A stretch of 37,612 nt of DNA from a bacterium (lineage in GTDB: Bacteria > UBP15 > UBA6099 > JAJRTR01): assembly GCA_024278215.1 (NCBI GenBank), contig JAJRTR010000007.1, positions 1-37,612 of the forward strand, given 5' to 3'. The notes below the pieces were generated by a model that saw only the letters and a list, made by a program, of their open reading frames with translations, was not told the origin of the DNA and did not search any database. Position 1 is the stretch's first letter; every line of letters starts with the position of its first letter. Of the stretch, positions 1-9,871 are shown one piece after another. The translations under genes were made by a program, and so were the position numbers.

Positions 1-451
1 CGAGCAGATTCTCGGCGTCACCGATTACAACGGCATCGACGAAGTCCGCCGTCGGCTCGGGGTTCGCGCTGATTGCCACACCGCCTGCGATCACGAGCGG
101 CAAGCCGGTTCTTCGTTCAGCCTGCTGCTCGACACCACCCGATTCCAACATGCGAACCATATTCACGTATCCGCCTTCAAAAGGTAGCGAAAACGCCACG
201 AGATCATAATCCGACAACGGCCTTCCGGCCTCGATCGTCCGAAGCTTCCGTTTCTTATTCAGTTGCCGGTCTGGCATGAATGACCGGTCGCATCTTACCT
301 CCTCCCTGCTGTTGAGCAGATGATAAATCCACAGGAAACCCAGGTTTGCCATGCCGGCTTTGTAATGTTCGGGAAAGCAGAGCGCCACTCGAAGCTGGAA
401 ATCTTCCCAGCGGCCTTTCTTTCCGTAGTCGTAGAGCCATTTCTCCGGCAT
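1..451 (-). CDS. Radical SAM protein, N-terminal (B12-binding-like) part; runs off the window edge
   Basis: Not in the ORF track because it has no stop in the window. Manual translation from ATG at 451: MPEKWLYDYGKKGRWEDFQLRVALCFPEHYKAGMANLGFLWIYHLLNSREEVRCDRSF...RPLSDYDLVAFSLPFEGGYVNMVRML...PLVIAGGVAISANPEPTADFVDAVVIGDAE. The ALxFPxxYxxGMxNLGF and AGGxxxxxNPEPxxDFxD motifs match this family. An alternative TTG start lies at 466. Confidence 0.8.
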   Translation of the reverse strand, partial: MPEKWLYDYGKKGRWEDFQLRVALCFPEHYKAGMANLGFLWIYHLLNSREEVRCDRSFMPDRQLNKKRKLRTIEAGRPLSDYDLVAFSLPFEGGYVNMVRMLESGGVEQQAERRTGLPLVIAGGVAISANPEPTADFVDAVVIGDAENLL

Positions 452-553
452 ACTCCTGAAATCCAATCAGTTTTCTTTTTCGCCGCTCCCTGTCGAATAG
501 TCGATCAAGCTTTAGCAACAGCTGAAAACAGACTCACTGTTTTTAACGGGTCC

Positions 554-1768
554 CTATCTATCTTTCCTCGGTTTCTTTTTCAGGAATGATGGTATGTCAA
601 GATCATCATCCACCGGGGAAGGTGTTTCAGTGACTTTTTTCGTCCATGACGGTTTGGGCTCATCCGGCATCTCTTCCATATCAAGTTCCGGGCTGGTTTT
701 CTGATCCGGACCCGGTTGAGGCCGCGGCACCGGTTGTCGCCGGGGAGCCTGGGGTTCAGGCTGCGGCAGCGAATGTTGCTTCTGCTGCGAACGCGGTTCG
801 GGACGCCTGTCCTGCACCTGCGAGTCGAATGCCGTCGCGATTACAGTCACCCTTATACCGTCTTTCAGGTCTTCGTCTATCACAGTTCCGAAAATGATGT
901 TCGCGTCTTCCGAGGCCGCTTCGTTTATAACTTCGGCGGCGATATTCACATCTGTAAGACTCATGTCGGGGCCGCCGGTTATGTTGAGCAGGATACCTTT
1001 CGCGCCCTTGATGGACGTTTCGAGAAGCGGGCAGGATATTGCTTCCTCCGCCGCGCGGCGTGCCTGGTCGTCACTGCTGCTGAAGCCGATACCGATAAGC
1101 GCGGTGCCTGCGTTCTGCATGATGGTTTTGACATCCGCATAGTCCAGATTGATGACGCCCGGCACGGTAATAAGGTCTGAAATGCCCTGCACTCCCTGCC
1201 TCAGCACATCGTCCGCCGTCTTGAAAGCTTCCACGAGCGCAGTGTCTTCATCCATTATGTCAAGCAGCCTGTCGTTCGGGATCACGATCAATGTATCGAC
1301 TTCGCGCGACAGGGCCTCAATGCCCTGCAAAGCAACGTTCATCCTGCGTTTCCCTTCGAAGGCAAACGGTTTTGTGACGACCCCGATGGTGAGAGCACCG
1401 AGATTTTTCGCGGTTCGCGCGACAATGGGAGAAGCGCCTGTGCCCGTGCCGCCGCCCATACCCGCCGTGATGAAGATCATGTCCGCGCCTTCGATAGACG
1501 ACTCGATCTCGGCTATGCTGAGTTCCGCGGCCTTGTGGCCGATCTCCGGGTCGGCACCCGCGCCGAGCCCTCGTGTCACTTTTCCGCCGATCTGGAGTTT
1601 TTCCTTTGCCTTGCTCACTTCCAGAACCTGGGCGTCGGTGTTGACCACTATGAAATCCACACCACATATACCGACCTCTATCATCCTGTCTACAGCGTTG
1701 CAGCCACCGCCGCCAACACCTACAACCTTGATTTTCGCAAACTTTTCAACCTTTGGCTCGAAGTTCAC
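554..1768 (-). CDS. ftsZ: Cell division GTPase FtsZ
   Basis: [20 protein letters not shown] tubulin signature, INLDYADV, C-terminal DLDIPSFL peptide; GAGGAGG RBS before the GTG start. Confidence 0.98.
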   Translation of the reverse strand: MNFEPKVEKFAKIKVVGVGGGGCNAVDRMIEVGICGVDFIVVNTDAQVLEVSKAKEKLQIGGKVTRGLGAGADPEIGHKAAELSIAEIESSIEGADMIFITAGMGGGTGTGASPIVARTAKNLGALTIGVVTKPFAFEGKRRMNVALQGIEALSREVDTLIVIPNDRLLDIMDEDTALVEAFKTADDVLRQGVQGISDLITVPGVINLDYADVKTIMQNAGTALIGIGFSSSDDQARRAAEEAISCPLLETSIKGAKGILLNITGGPDMSLTDVNIAAEVINEAASEDANIIFGTVIDEDLKDGIRVTVIATAFDSQVQDRRPEPRSQQKQHSLPQPEPQAPRRQPVPRPQPGPDQKTSPELDMEEMPDEPKPSWTKKVTETPSPVDDDLDIPSFLKKKPRKDR

Positions 1769-1894
1769 CTGGTACCTCCTCGAATACAGGGTATGTCCCT
1801 GTTGTCGGGCTCCAACGGGTGAAGCCGACTTACGGATTCCACGGCGCGGCGCGCCGAGTTTTCTATAGTTCTGATTCCTTTATCTTTGTTGTCT

Positions 1895-3141
1895 TCACTT
1901 CGAAAAACCTTTAAAGAATTTCGTTATCGTGTTGATTACATTGTGTATAACAGAATCCGACGGCGGCACTGCCGAGTAACCTGCACGCACCGAATGCTTC
2001 GCCGCCCACGACAGCATTCCGAAGGCTGTCGAACTGAATGTGTTGCTGATCTTATCGCTGAACGGACCATTGTATTTCGGACTTGCCACACGGGCTTTAA
2101 AACCGAGTATCTCTTCGGCCATCTCCGGCAATCCGTCCAGCAGCGCTGTTCCGCAGGTGATTACGACACCTGCGGGAAGCACCGTTGGCGGCAGGTTGTT
2201 CTCCATATCGCCGCGGATAATCCTCAGCAGTTCGGACACTCGCGGCTGGATCACCTGGCTGAGCATTCCTTTGGGCACCTGCGTTCTGTCCTCGCCGCCG
2301 ACATGATCGATTTCTATCGGGTCGCTGTCGTCGACGCCTTCCATGTATGCGCGTCCGTGCTCGATTTTCAGACGTTCCGCCTCCGCCCTGGATGTGCCGA
2401 AGTATACAGCTATGTCATTGTCGATATGTGCGCCGCCTACCGGAATCACCCATGAATTCAGCAGATAACCATCCTTGAAAACGGCGACATCCGTTGTGCC
2501 CGCCCCTATATCCAGCAGAACGATCCCCACCTGTTTTTCGTCGCTGTTCAGCACCGCTTCTCCCGAAGCGAGCCCCCCGAGCAGCAGGCCGTCTATCGGT
2601 ATGTCAAGTTTCAGAATGCACTTCGTAAGGTTATTTATAAAGGATGTCGAGCCGGTGATGATCTGCACCCCGACTTCGAGATTCATCCCGGACATACCCA
2701 GCGGGTCTTTTATTCCGCTCTGACCGTCGAGAGAGAAATCCTGTTCGATAATGTCAACAATCTGTTTTTCCGGCGGCAGCATCAGGTAGCGCGACGCTTC
2801 TATGGCTTTGCGAATGTCATCATGTGTCACTCCCCCGTGCGGGTCGAGGACAGGCGCTGTACCCCTGCTGCTGTTGGCTGCGATGTGCGATCCGCTGATG
2901 CTTATAAGCGCGCCGTCCATAACACGGTCGGCCATCTTTTCAGCTTCGCCGACAGATTCGTAAACCGCGCCGGTGACTGATTCGAGATCGACTACAAGAC
3001 CTTCTTCATGCCTTCGTTCGGCGAACTGCCGAGCCCGATTATGTTGAGATCACCGGAAGAATCGATCTCACCGATAGCCGTCAGCACCTTGGATGTGCCC
3101 ACGTCGATTACAGATAATGTTTTTACCTGTTCCTTTTTCAC
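1895..3141 (-). CDS. ftsA: Cell division protein FtsA, split by a 1-nt frameshift at ~3000
   Basis: The N-terminal part from GTG 3141 (VIDVGTSKV...GLGSSPNEGMKK) is in one frame. The continuation GLVVDLESVTGAVYESVGEAEKMADR...LLDIGAGTTD...PVGGAHIDNDI...AERLKIEHG is in the frame of ORF 1895..2935. One added base restores MKKGLVVD. It lies directly upstream of ftsZ. Confidence 0.93.
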
Positions 3142-3452
3142 TTTGCTTCCATTCCCGGATATCGCGAATTTGATATTGTGCTGAATATCGACAACATCAA
3201 CACCAGGACTACAAATGGCGCCAGCGGCGCCCCGCTCCATTGTTCTATCCATAACGCTGCGTAGCAGAAAAATCCCTTCTTCAATAATCCCGGGAGAATC
3301 TTCCTCTCCCGGTCCCTGATGGATGCCGTCAACTCATCTGCCAGTACAAGTGTGATGATAAAACCCGTAAGTCCGTCGAAAGCAAGGCCGCCCGCATGCA
3401 GCGAACTCGATAGCAGCAAACCGATTATCAGACCTGCGACGGTTTCAATCAT
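3138..3452 (-). CDS. Small membrane protein, probable divergent Sbp/DUF1290 family
   Basis: 104 aa, hydrophobic; GLIIG...D.L...IR...IF..I...R pattern. Its position between DUF881 and ftsA matches the ylxW/ylxX-sbp-ftsA order of Bacillota. Its TGA overlaps the ftsA GTG. Confidence 0.6.
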   Translation of the reverse strand: MIETVAGLIIGLLLSSSLHAGGLAFDGLTGFIITLVLADELTASIRDRERKILPGLLKKGFFCYAALWIEQWSGAPLAPFVVLVLMLSIFSTISNSRYPGMEAK

Positions 3453-4380
3453 CAGGTGTCTCCGTATTCATTACTTCCGGCCCGTTTTCCTTCTTTTCCT
3501 TTTTCTCCGCTTGTTTTTCCACCGCTTCTTTCTTCTGTGCCGGTTCTTTGTTTATTTCGTTCGCTTTTTTCTTATCCTTTTCTTTTGCGTCTTTGTCTGT
3601 CTCGACTTTCGCGCCGACTTCTGCGCCGACAACGGTTTCCTCTTTTCTTTCCGGTTTTACTTCAACTTTTACCTTCACAGTTTTTTTCAATATTTTTTTC
3701 TTCTTCGGCGATGCAGTGTTTTTTTCGGTTTCCGGTTTCTTTTTGTTTGCCGTTGCCGCCGCTTTTTTCTTTTTTTCGGTTTCTTCCTTCGCTTTCTTTT
3801 CTTTCTTTACTTCGATGTGCATTTTTGCGCCGCCGTCATATGCAGGAATATCGAGTGTTTCGATTTTATCTACCTGTACCTTCAACTTTTCCTCGGCAAG
3901 CAGGTCTACCACTCCGCCCATCATGAGTATCGACTGCTTGAGCACTTCCGGGTCGCCCGTCGCATCTACGACATAGGGGGGTACCGTATTGCGACCGTTT
4001 ATGCTGATGGCAGGCCCGATGCACCTGATCTCCGTTACCGCAACTATCCTGTTGCCGTTTATCGACATCGCTTCGGCACCGGCGGCGAACAATTCGTTGC
4101 GAATCATTAGCAGGTCTCGCTCGTGAACGATCAGCCTTTCCGTCTTGAGCGGCCTGTTTCGTCTCCGCGTGGCGTCCGTGACGGTGATCCTGATGCCGGG
4201 ACCTGTGACGGGAGTCAGTCCGGCGAGTTTCAATACTTCCTCCTCGACCGGCAGTTCCGGTTTCTCAGGCTCGACCCAGGTCATGCCCCGCCATGAGATT
4301 TCAGGCCATTCTCCGCGCACTATATTGCCCGCGGCGAGACCAAGGACAAGAGCTGTCGCGAAGAGTAATATCCGTCTCAT
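3445..4380 (-). CDS. DUF881 (YlxW/YlxX-like) division-cluster protein with a Lys/Glu-rich C-terminal tail
   Basis: AGLTPVTGPGIRITVTD, IVHERDLLMIRNELFAAGAEAMSINGNRI, IRCIGPAISING, PPYVVDATGDP motifs; N-terminal hydrophobic segment. Confidence 0.9.
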   Translation of the reverse strand: MRRILLFATALVLGLAAGNIVRGEWPEISWRGMTWVEPEKPELPVEEEVLKLAGLTPVTGPGIRITVTDATRRRNRPLKTERLIVHERDLLMIRNELFAAGAEAMSINGNRIVAVTEIRCIGPAISINGRNTVPPYVVDATGDPEVLKQSILMMGGVVDLLAEEKLKVQVDKIETLDIPAYDGGAKMHIEVKKEKKAKEETEKKKKAAATANKKKPETEKNTASPKKKKILKKTVKVKVEVKPERKEETVVGAEVGAKVETDKDAKEKDKKKANEINKEPAQKKEAVEKQAEKKEKKENGPEVMNTETPDD

Positions 4381-4395
4381 GATTTTTTGTTTTTC

Positions 4396-5223
4396 TTATC
4401 CTTTCGCCGGTATGAACGAAGGTACGGAAAGCAGTTCAAAGTTGAGTCCCTCGAATTTTTCGCCGGCTTCTTTGAGTTTTCTGTAGACGATGGGTACAAG
4501 CATTAGCTTCTTTTCGATGTCACTCCCGTCGCCGAGCAACACGTAGGTTCCATCGCGGAGAATTACTTTTATTCCGCGATGATCGAACCTGATAATTCCA
4601 TATCTTTTTTTGAGATTCGCCCCATCCGTCCGATACATTCTCATCAGTATATCCTGATACGGGAACACGAGCTTCTGGCCGATATCCGCATGCTTTACGG
4701 CATCGCTGTGGATGCGGAGCAGTCGCGGATCGGAAACACCGCTCAGCTTCTCGAGTATGATCATATCGCTGTCCACGAGATAGTACTGCCTTCCGTTTGT
4801 GATGTATGCGAATGGCTGCCTCTCGTAAACTTTTATGCGTACCTTCGACGGGACGACCCTGTGCACTGAAACGCTTTTCACCAGCGGCTGACTCTCGATC
4901 GAGTGTTTTATTGTGCCGACGGGAAGCGTAAACAGATTTTCACCGATAGAAATCTGTGAGTCTTCATACATCTGTTCCGCATTAGCCCTTTTCACACCAG
5001 TTATTTCGACCACTTTCACCTTGAAAGCATCCACGTTCAACACAATAATGCTCGACATGCACAGGAAAAAGAAAAGCACCGCGAATACCCGCAGATATCT
5101 GGTCCTCTTCCTCTTTACCAGTCGTCTTTGAGGCGTCGCGATAGTGCGCTTCGTAGCAGCGTAATAAGCAGAAGTCCGATATTTCCGCCCCTGCTGTGAT
5201 CCGGTATTCCTGTGCATCGCCAT
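4396..5223 (-). CDS. ftsQ: Cell division protein FtsQ/DivIB
   Basis: Basic N-terminus, single TM helix, POTRA-like segment (VKVVEITGVK...GENLF...PLVKSVSVHRVVPSKVRIKVYERQP); dcw position. Confidence 0.88.
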   Translation of the reverse strand: MAMHRNTGSQQGRKYRTSAYYAATKRTIATPQRRLVKRKRTRYLRVFAVLFFFLCMSSIIVLNVDAFKVKVVEITGVKRANAEQMYEDSQISIGENLFTLPVGTIKHSIESQPLVKSVSVHRVVPSKVRIKVYERQPFAYITNGRQYYLVDSDMIILEKLSGVSDPRLLRIHSDAVKHADIGQKLVFPYQDILMRMYRTDGANLKKRYGIIRFDHRGIKVILRDGTYVLLGDGSDIEKKLMLVPIVYRKLKEAGEKFEGLNFELLSVPSFIPAKG

Positions 5224-5254
5224 ATCTTATCCCACCTCTGTCGTGTAATTTTCC

Positions 5255-6367
5255 TCAATTGAGGAACGGGGTTATTTCCTCCGCCATTTTCGCGGCAACG
5301 CCCGGCGTATAATGCTTCCCGGCTGTTTCCGCCATACTTTCGAGTGTTGCAGGACTCTCAAGCAGTTCGAATATTTCTTTGTCGAGTTTTTCTCCGGTCA
5401 TGTCGGCGTCCGCGATCATTTTCGCCGCACCCTTCGCTTCGAGTTCACGCGCGTTGTGGAACTGATGGTCAGCCGTGGCGAAAGGATAGGGCACAAGGAT
5501 CGCGGGTATGCCGATGGAAGTCACTTCGGCTATCGTCGTAGCCCCGGCCCTGCACACCACGAGGTCGCACGCGCAATAGGCTTCGAACATCTCGTGCAGA
5601 TAATCTTTCACGACCACCTTCAGCAACATATCATCGCCCGGCGCGATCTCTCTATAATGTTTCTTCGCGGCATCATAATTGTTTTTGCCCGCGAGGTGCA
5701 GTATCTGCACGTCGCTTCTGTCCCTGTTTAGGCTTGCAAATTCATAAGCCGCCGTGTTGATGGACTGCGCCCCCTGGCTGCCGCCGAAGATAAATACTGT
5801 TTTTCTCTCCAGATCGAGCCCCAGCATTTCACGCGCTTTTCTCTTATCCATTTTCTTCATTCCGTCGAACCGCGACGGATTGCCTGTAAATATCGCTTTA
5901 TCGCCGAATTCGCGGGCGGTCGTTTCGTAGCTGACGAAGACTCCGCGGGCAAATCGCGACAGCATCCTGTTTGCTTTGCCGACGACGGAATTCTGCTCGT
6001 GAATGAACACCGCCCTGCGGCAGAGCGCTCCGCCTATCACGGTCGGGAAGGAGCCGTAGCCGCCGAATCCCACGATGACGTCGGGATCGACTCGCCTCAC
6101 CATCGACATTCCATTTGCAGCTACCGCCATTATCTCGACTCCGAAAAGCAGGGTTTGCGCGGACAACTTTCGCTTCGGTATTTTTACGACACGAACCGGC
6201 TCAAACCCGAGTTCGTATCGTTCCGCGATTACCTGTTCCTGCCCGTCTTTTTTTCCCGCTATCAGCACTTGAATGCGGGATTGCATCTGTTGCAAGTGTT
6301 TTGCGAGGGCTATCGCCGGATATATATGGCCGCCCGTCCCCGCTACTCCCAAGAGTACTTTTGGCAT
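5255..6367 (-). CDS. murG: Lipid II GlcNAc transferase MurG
   Basis: GTGGHIYPA, GFGGY, HEQN, GGSQGA, CRAGATTIAE, HQFHNA. Start placed at ATG 6367 behind GGAGG. Confidence 0.97.
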   Translation of the reverse strand: MPKVLLGVAGTGGHIYPAIALAKHLQQMQSRIQVLIAGKKDGQEQVIAERYELGFEPVRVVKIPKRKLSAQTLLFGVEIMAVAANGMSMVRRVDPDVIVGFGGYGSFPTVIGGALCRRAVFIHEQNSVVGKANRMLSRFARGVFVSYETTAREFGDKAIFTGNPSRFDGMKKMDKRKAREMLGLDLERKTVFIFGGSQGAQSINTAAYEFASLNRDRSDVQILHLAGKNNYDAAKKHYREIAPGDDMLLKVVVKDYLHEMFEAYCACDLVVCRAGATTIAEVTSIGIPAILVPYPFATADHQFHNARELEAKGAAKMIADADMTGEKLDKEIFELLESPATLESMAETAGKHYTPGVAAKMAEEITPFLN

Positions 6368-7553
6368 GGCTTCCTCCACTTACCCTTGACCCGTGCGACG
6401 AGATATTGAGCAGAATGCCCACACCTATAAATGAGCAGACGAGCGACGCGCCGCCGAAGCTGATAAAAGGAAGCGTTGTGCCCGTCACCGGGACAAGCCC
6501 GGTCGCAACGGCCATGTTCACTATCGCCTGGAACGAGATCATCCAGACTATGCCGACCGCCAGGTAAGCACCGAGCGGGTCATTGCATCGATTCGCGATT
6601 CTGAGGCCCCTGTAACACACCAGCACAAACAGCAACGCTACCGCCGTCATCCCGATAAGCCCCAGTTCCTCTCCGATTATCGAGAAGATAAAGTCCGACG
6701 ACTGCTGCGGAAGATAGAATCTTTTCTGCAGCGAATTGCCCAGTCCCTGCCCGAAGACGCCTCCGTTGGCTATTGCTATCATTGATTGAATCTTCTGAAA
6801 TCCCGCGCCCATCGGATCGGAATCGGCATGTAGAAAACCTATTATCCGCCTGGCCCTGTAGCCTGCGCACATCACGAGTGGCACCGCCGCCGCAACTCCC
6901 GCGAGACCGATGCCGAGGAGATATCTTTTCTTTATACCAGCCACAAAAAGCATCACGAAAACGATAACTCCGACCATTGCCGTCATTCCGAAATCCGGCT
7001 CCATCATCAGCAACACGCTCATGATCGCAAGCACTATCATAGGCCATACAAGTATCCTTATATCGTTTATTTTTTTCTTGTAGTGATCGAGAAAAACAGC
7101 CATGAAAACGATAATTGCGATCTTGCTGGGCTCTCCGACGTGAATCAGAAATCCACCGACTGAAAGCCAGCGCCGTGCGCCGCCTATGCGCTCACCCATG
7201 ATCGGTGCGAGTATCAGCAGCACAATCGCCGCGCCCAGTATGACAGGCACGAGTTTGCGATAATACCTGTAATCGAAAACCGATGCCGCACACATCAGCG
7301 TTAGCGCAATAAACAGCCATTTCAACTGCTGTTTCAGAAAATACGTCGTGTCCGCCAGCAACGTATAGGAAAAGGCTCCGCTGGACGAAAAGATCATTAC
7401 AATGCCGATACAGGTGAGCATGATAATGAAAACAAGCAGCGAGAAATCGAACGAGTTTATGTCGTATTTCGAGGCGGCATCACTATCGCCCCAGAAGGTA
7501 CCGCCCGCAGGCGGTTTCCTTCGGTTAACTGTTTTTCTTCCGTTCGATTTCAT
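6201..7553 (-). CDS. ftsW: SEDS-family peptidoglycan polymerase FtsW; 3' end reads ~170 nt into murG
   Basis: GARRWL, GEPSK, EPDFG, SDFIFSIIGEELG, GTTLPFISFGG motifs; multiple TM helices. Start placed at ATG 7553. The homologous region ends near 6385. Confidence 0.93.
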   Translation of the reverse strand: MKSNGRKTVNRRKPPAGGTFWGDSDAASKYDINSFDFSLLVFIIMLTCIGIVMIFSSSGAFSYTLLADTTYFLKQQLKWLFIALTLMCAASVFDYRYYRKLVPVILGAAIVLLILAPIMGERIGGARRWLSVGGFLIHVGEPSKIAIIVFMAVFLDHYKKKINDIRILVWPMIVLAIMSVLLMMEPDFGMTAMVGVIVFVMLFVAGIKKRYLLGIGLAGVAAAVPLVMCAGYRARRIIGFLHADSDPMGAGFQKIQSMIAIANGGVFGQGLGNSLQKRFYLPQQSSDFIFSIIGEELGLIGMTAVALLFVLVCYRGLRIANRCNDPLGAYLAVGIVWMISFQAIVNMAVATGLVPVTGTTLPFISFGGASLVCSFIGVGILLNISSHGSRVSGGSHAKSTLGSSGDGRPYISGDSPRKTLATDAIPHSSADSGKKRRAGTGNRGTIRTRV

Positions 7554-8898
7554 TTCTGAAAACCGTTCCTCTTTCCTCGTAATTTTCGTACAGATCGAAA
7601 CTCGACGACGACGGCGACAGCAGCAGAACTCCACCGGGCACCGTCATCTCCAGCCCCGTTTCTATCGTTTCCAACATCGTTTCAGTTCTCTTCAATTCGA
7701 TACCTTCGGTTTTTTTAAATTCGTCTGCGACTCTCCGAAGCCCCGGACCGAGCACGACCACTTTCGTCCCGCTCCGCACAATGGCTTCTTTCAACGGAGT
7801 GTAATCGAATCCCTTGTCGTCTCCATTCAGTATCAGAGTCACATGCCGTGAGTCGAAGGTCTCCATCGCCGCGAGCACAGCTTCAATATTCGTTGCCTTC
7901 GAGTCGTTCACAATATCGACGCCACCGATCTCTCCGAGCGATTCCAACCGGTGTGGAAGCCCCGCGAACGAGACGACTTCAGAACGTATATCTTCCGGCC
8001 CGGCGCCCGCCGCAATCGACGCCGCCGATACGGCCAGCACATTTGCGATGTTGTGGCTGCCCTTCAGCGCGACATCCTCTTCCCGGCAGATCGTGTGCCT
8101 GATGCCGTCCCATACGGCGACGAGACTGCCGCCCGACAGGAACGTGCCGCTGACGACTTCGAACCTGACACTGAACTCCGCTATTCGCGCACTGGTAATA
8201 TTCGCCATTGCTTCCACGAGCCTGTCGTCTCTGTTCAGCACCGCCGTCGATTCCGGCTTCATCTTCCCGAGCATACGCGCCTTCGCTCTCGCGTATTCCT
8301 CGATTGTCCGGTGTCTCGCCAGGTGGTCCGGCTGCACATTAAGAACAACACCTACCTGCGGACTGAATGTGCGGCAGAGTTCGAGCTGATAGCTGCTGAC
8401 TTCCACAATGTGCAGTGTATCTTTCGTGCTGCCCGTCGCCGCCTCGATGAACGGATGTCCAATGTTGCCGCTCACCCTGACGTCGTCACAGCATCGCTTT
8501 AGAATATTTCCCGCCATCGTCACCGAAGAAGTCTTTCCATTCGTTCCCGTGACGGCGACGATACGGCCCCTTGCGATCCGCGATGCGATCTCGATTTCCG
8601 ACACCCACTCGCCGCCTGCTCTGCGCACCGTGAGAAGCCTTTCGTCAACCGGCGCGAGGCCCGGACTTACGACGACAAGATTCGGCCTGAGATTCGCCGT
8701 TTCCGCAATGGGAATAAACCTTGCGCCGCTGCCCTCCGCTTCTTCAATCGCCGCGACCAGCGACGACAGGTCTTCACGCGCGTCGGTGATCCACACCTTC
8801 CTGCACATCGGTGAAAGAACTTTCGCACAGGACTTCCCGGTCATCCCGAGCCCTACTATCAGGACTTCGGCTTCGGCAAGATCAGTCACTCGTACCAC
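7525..8898 (-). CDS. murD: UDP-MurNAc-L-Ala:D-Glu ligase MurD
   Basis: GLGMTG, VVSPG, VTGTNGKTS, EVSSYQL, DHLARH, HRLE, NDSKATN, LLSP..SSFD. Start placed at GTG 8898 behind AAGGGAG. Confidence 0.96.
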   Translation of the reverse strand: MVRVTDLAEAEVLIVGLGMTGKSCAKVLSPMCRKVWITDAREDLSSLVAAIEEAEGSGARFIPIAETANLRPNLVVVSPGLAPVDERLLTVRRAGGEWVSEIEIASRIARGRIVAVTGTNGKTSSVTMAGNILKRCCDDVRVSGNIGHPFIEAATGSTKDTLHIVEVSSYQLELCRTFSPQVGVVLNVQPDHLARHRTIEEYARAKARMLGKMKPESTAVLNRDDRLVEAMANITSARIAEFSVRFEVVSGTFLSGGSLVAVWDGIRHTICREEDVALKGSHNIANVLAVSAASIAAGAGPEDIRSEVVSFAGLPHRLESLGEIGGVDIVNDSKATNIEAVLAAMETFDSRHVTLILNGDDKGFDYTPLKEAIVRSGTKVVVLGPGLRRVADEFKKTEGIELKRTETMLETIETGLEMTVPGGVLLLSPSSSSFDLYENYEERGTVFRNEIERKKNS

Positions 8899-8911
8899 GA
8901 CATCGGCTCCC

Positions 8912-9871
8912 TTATGCGAACAATGCAAGCCCGGCGATTGAACAGGCGGCCGTTATAAGCCAGAACCTGCTTGACACCTGGGCTTCCGACCATCCGCCGA
9001 GTTCGAAGTGGTGATGTATCGGACTCATCCTGAACACACGCCGCCCTGTGAGTTTGAACGACGCGACCTGGATCACCACACTCATTACTTCCGCGACGAA
9101 CAACAGCCCGGCGACTGCGAGAAAAAGTTCCGTCCTCGTGACCACCGCCACCGCTGCCAGCACTCCGCCGAGGAACAACGAACCGCTGTCGCCCATGAAT
9201 ATCGCCGCCGGATTCGTGTTGTACCACAGGAAACCCGCGACCGCTCCGCACAGAACGCACAACAGCGGCACCAGCGCCGGATCGCTCGTCCTGTAGATAA
9301 GCACAATGTACGCCGCGCCGACCACGAGGAAACAGCCCGATAGAAGCCCGTCAACTCCATCTGTGAAATTGAGTGCGTTAATTGTGCCGACATATACGAA
9401 GATGACGAACGGCATAAACAACCTGCCCATACTCCATGCTCCGTCTCCGAACGGCACTTTAATCATGTCGGGCGCGACTCCCTGCCGGTTCATGAAATAA
9501 CCTAAATATGCGCCGATTACGATCTCGATTATTAACTTGTAGCGTGCACCAACCCCCTTCGTGTTTTTTCCCGTGAATTTCGACAAATCATCCACGAGCC
9601 CTATCAGAAATGAAAGAGTGCCGATCAGCAATACAAGTTTGACTTTCGGATAATGCCACCCGCCTACCACGATTGTCACTACGATCACGGCGACAAAGAA
9701 TCCGATTCCACCCATCATCGGCGTCCTGTTTTTCTTCTGGTGCGCCTCCGGCATCTCTTCCCTGATTGTCTGTTTCAGCCCCCAGCGATTCAGCAGCACT
9801 ATCAGAACACGCACAGCCGCAATGGACAACAAAAACGACAATCCTGTGATCCATGCGAGGTTCTGCATCAA
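8912..9871 (-). CDS. mraY: Phospho-N-acetylmuramoyl-pentapeptide transferase MraY
   Basis: TPMMGG, GLVDD, NFTDGVDGL, FMGDSGS, PIHHHFEL motifs. Confidence 0.97.
   Translation of the reverse strand: MMQNLAWITGLSFLLSIAAVRVLIVLLNRWGLKQTIREEMPEAHQKKNRTPMMGGIGFFVAVIVVTIVVGGWHYPKVKLVLLIGTLSFLIGLVDDLSKFTGKNTKGVGARYKLIIEIVIGAYLGYFMNRQGVAPDMIKVPFGDGAWSMGRLFMPFVIFVYVGTINALNFTDGVDGLLSGCFLVVGAAYIVLIYRTSDPALVPLLCVLCGAVAGFLWYNTNPAAIFMGDSGSLFLGGVLAAVAVVTRTELFLAVAGLLFVAEVMSVVIQVASFKLTGRRVFRMSPIHHHFELGGWSEAQVSSRFWLITAACSIAGLALFA

Noticed and set aside
3319-4110. Phe-rich plus-strand ORFs
   Set aside because: Antisense shadows of the Lys/Glu-rich DUF881 tail.
5255-7553. FtsW-MurG fusion by frameshifting
   Set aside because: A TAA lies in the murG frame at 6380-6382, and murG has its own GGAGG RBS and ATG.
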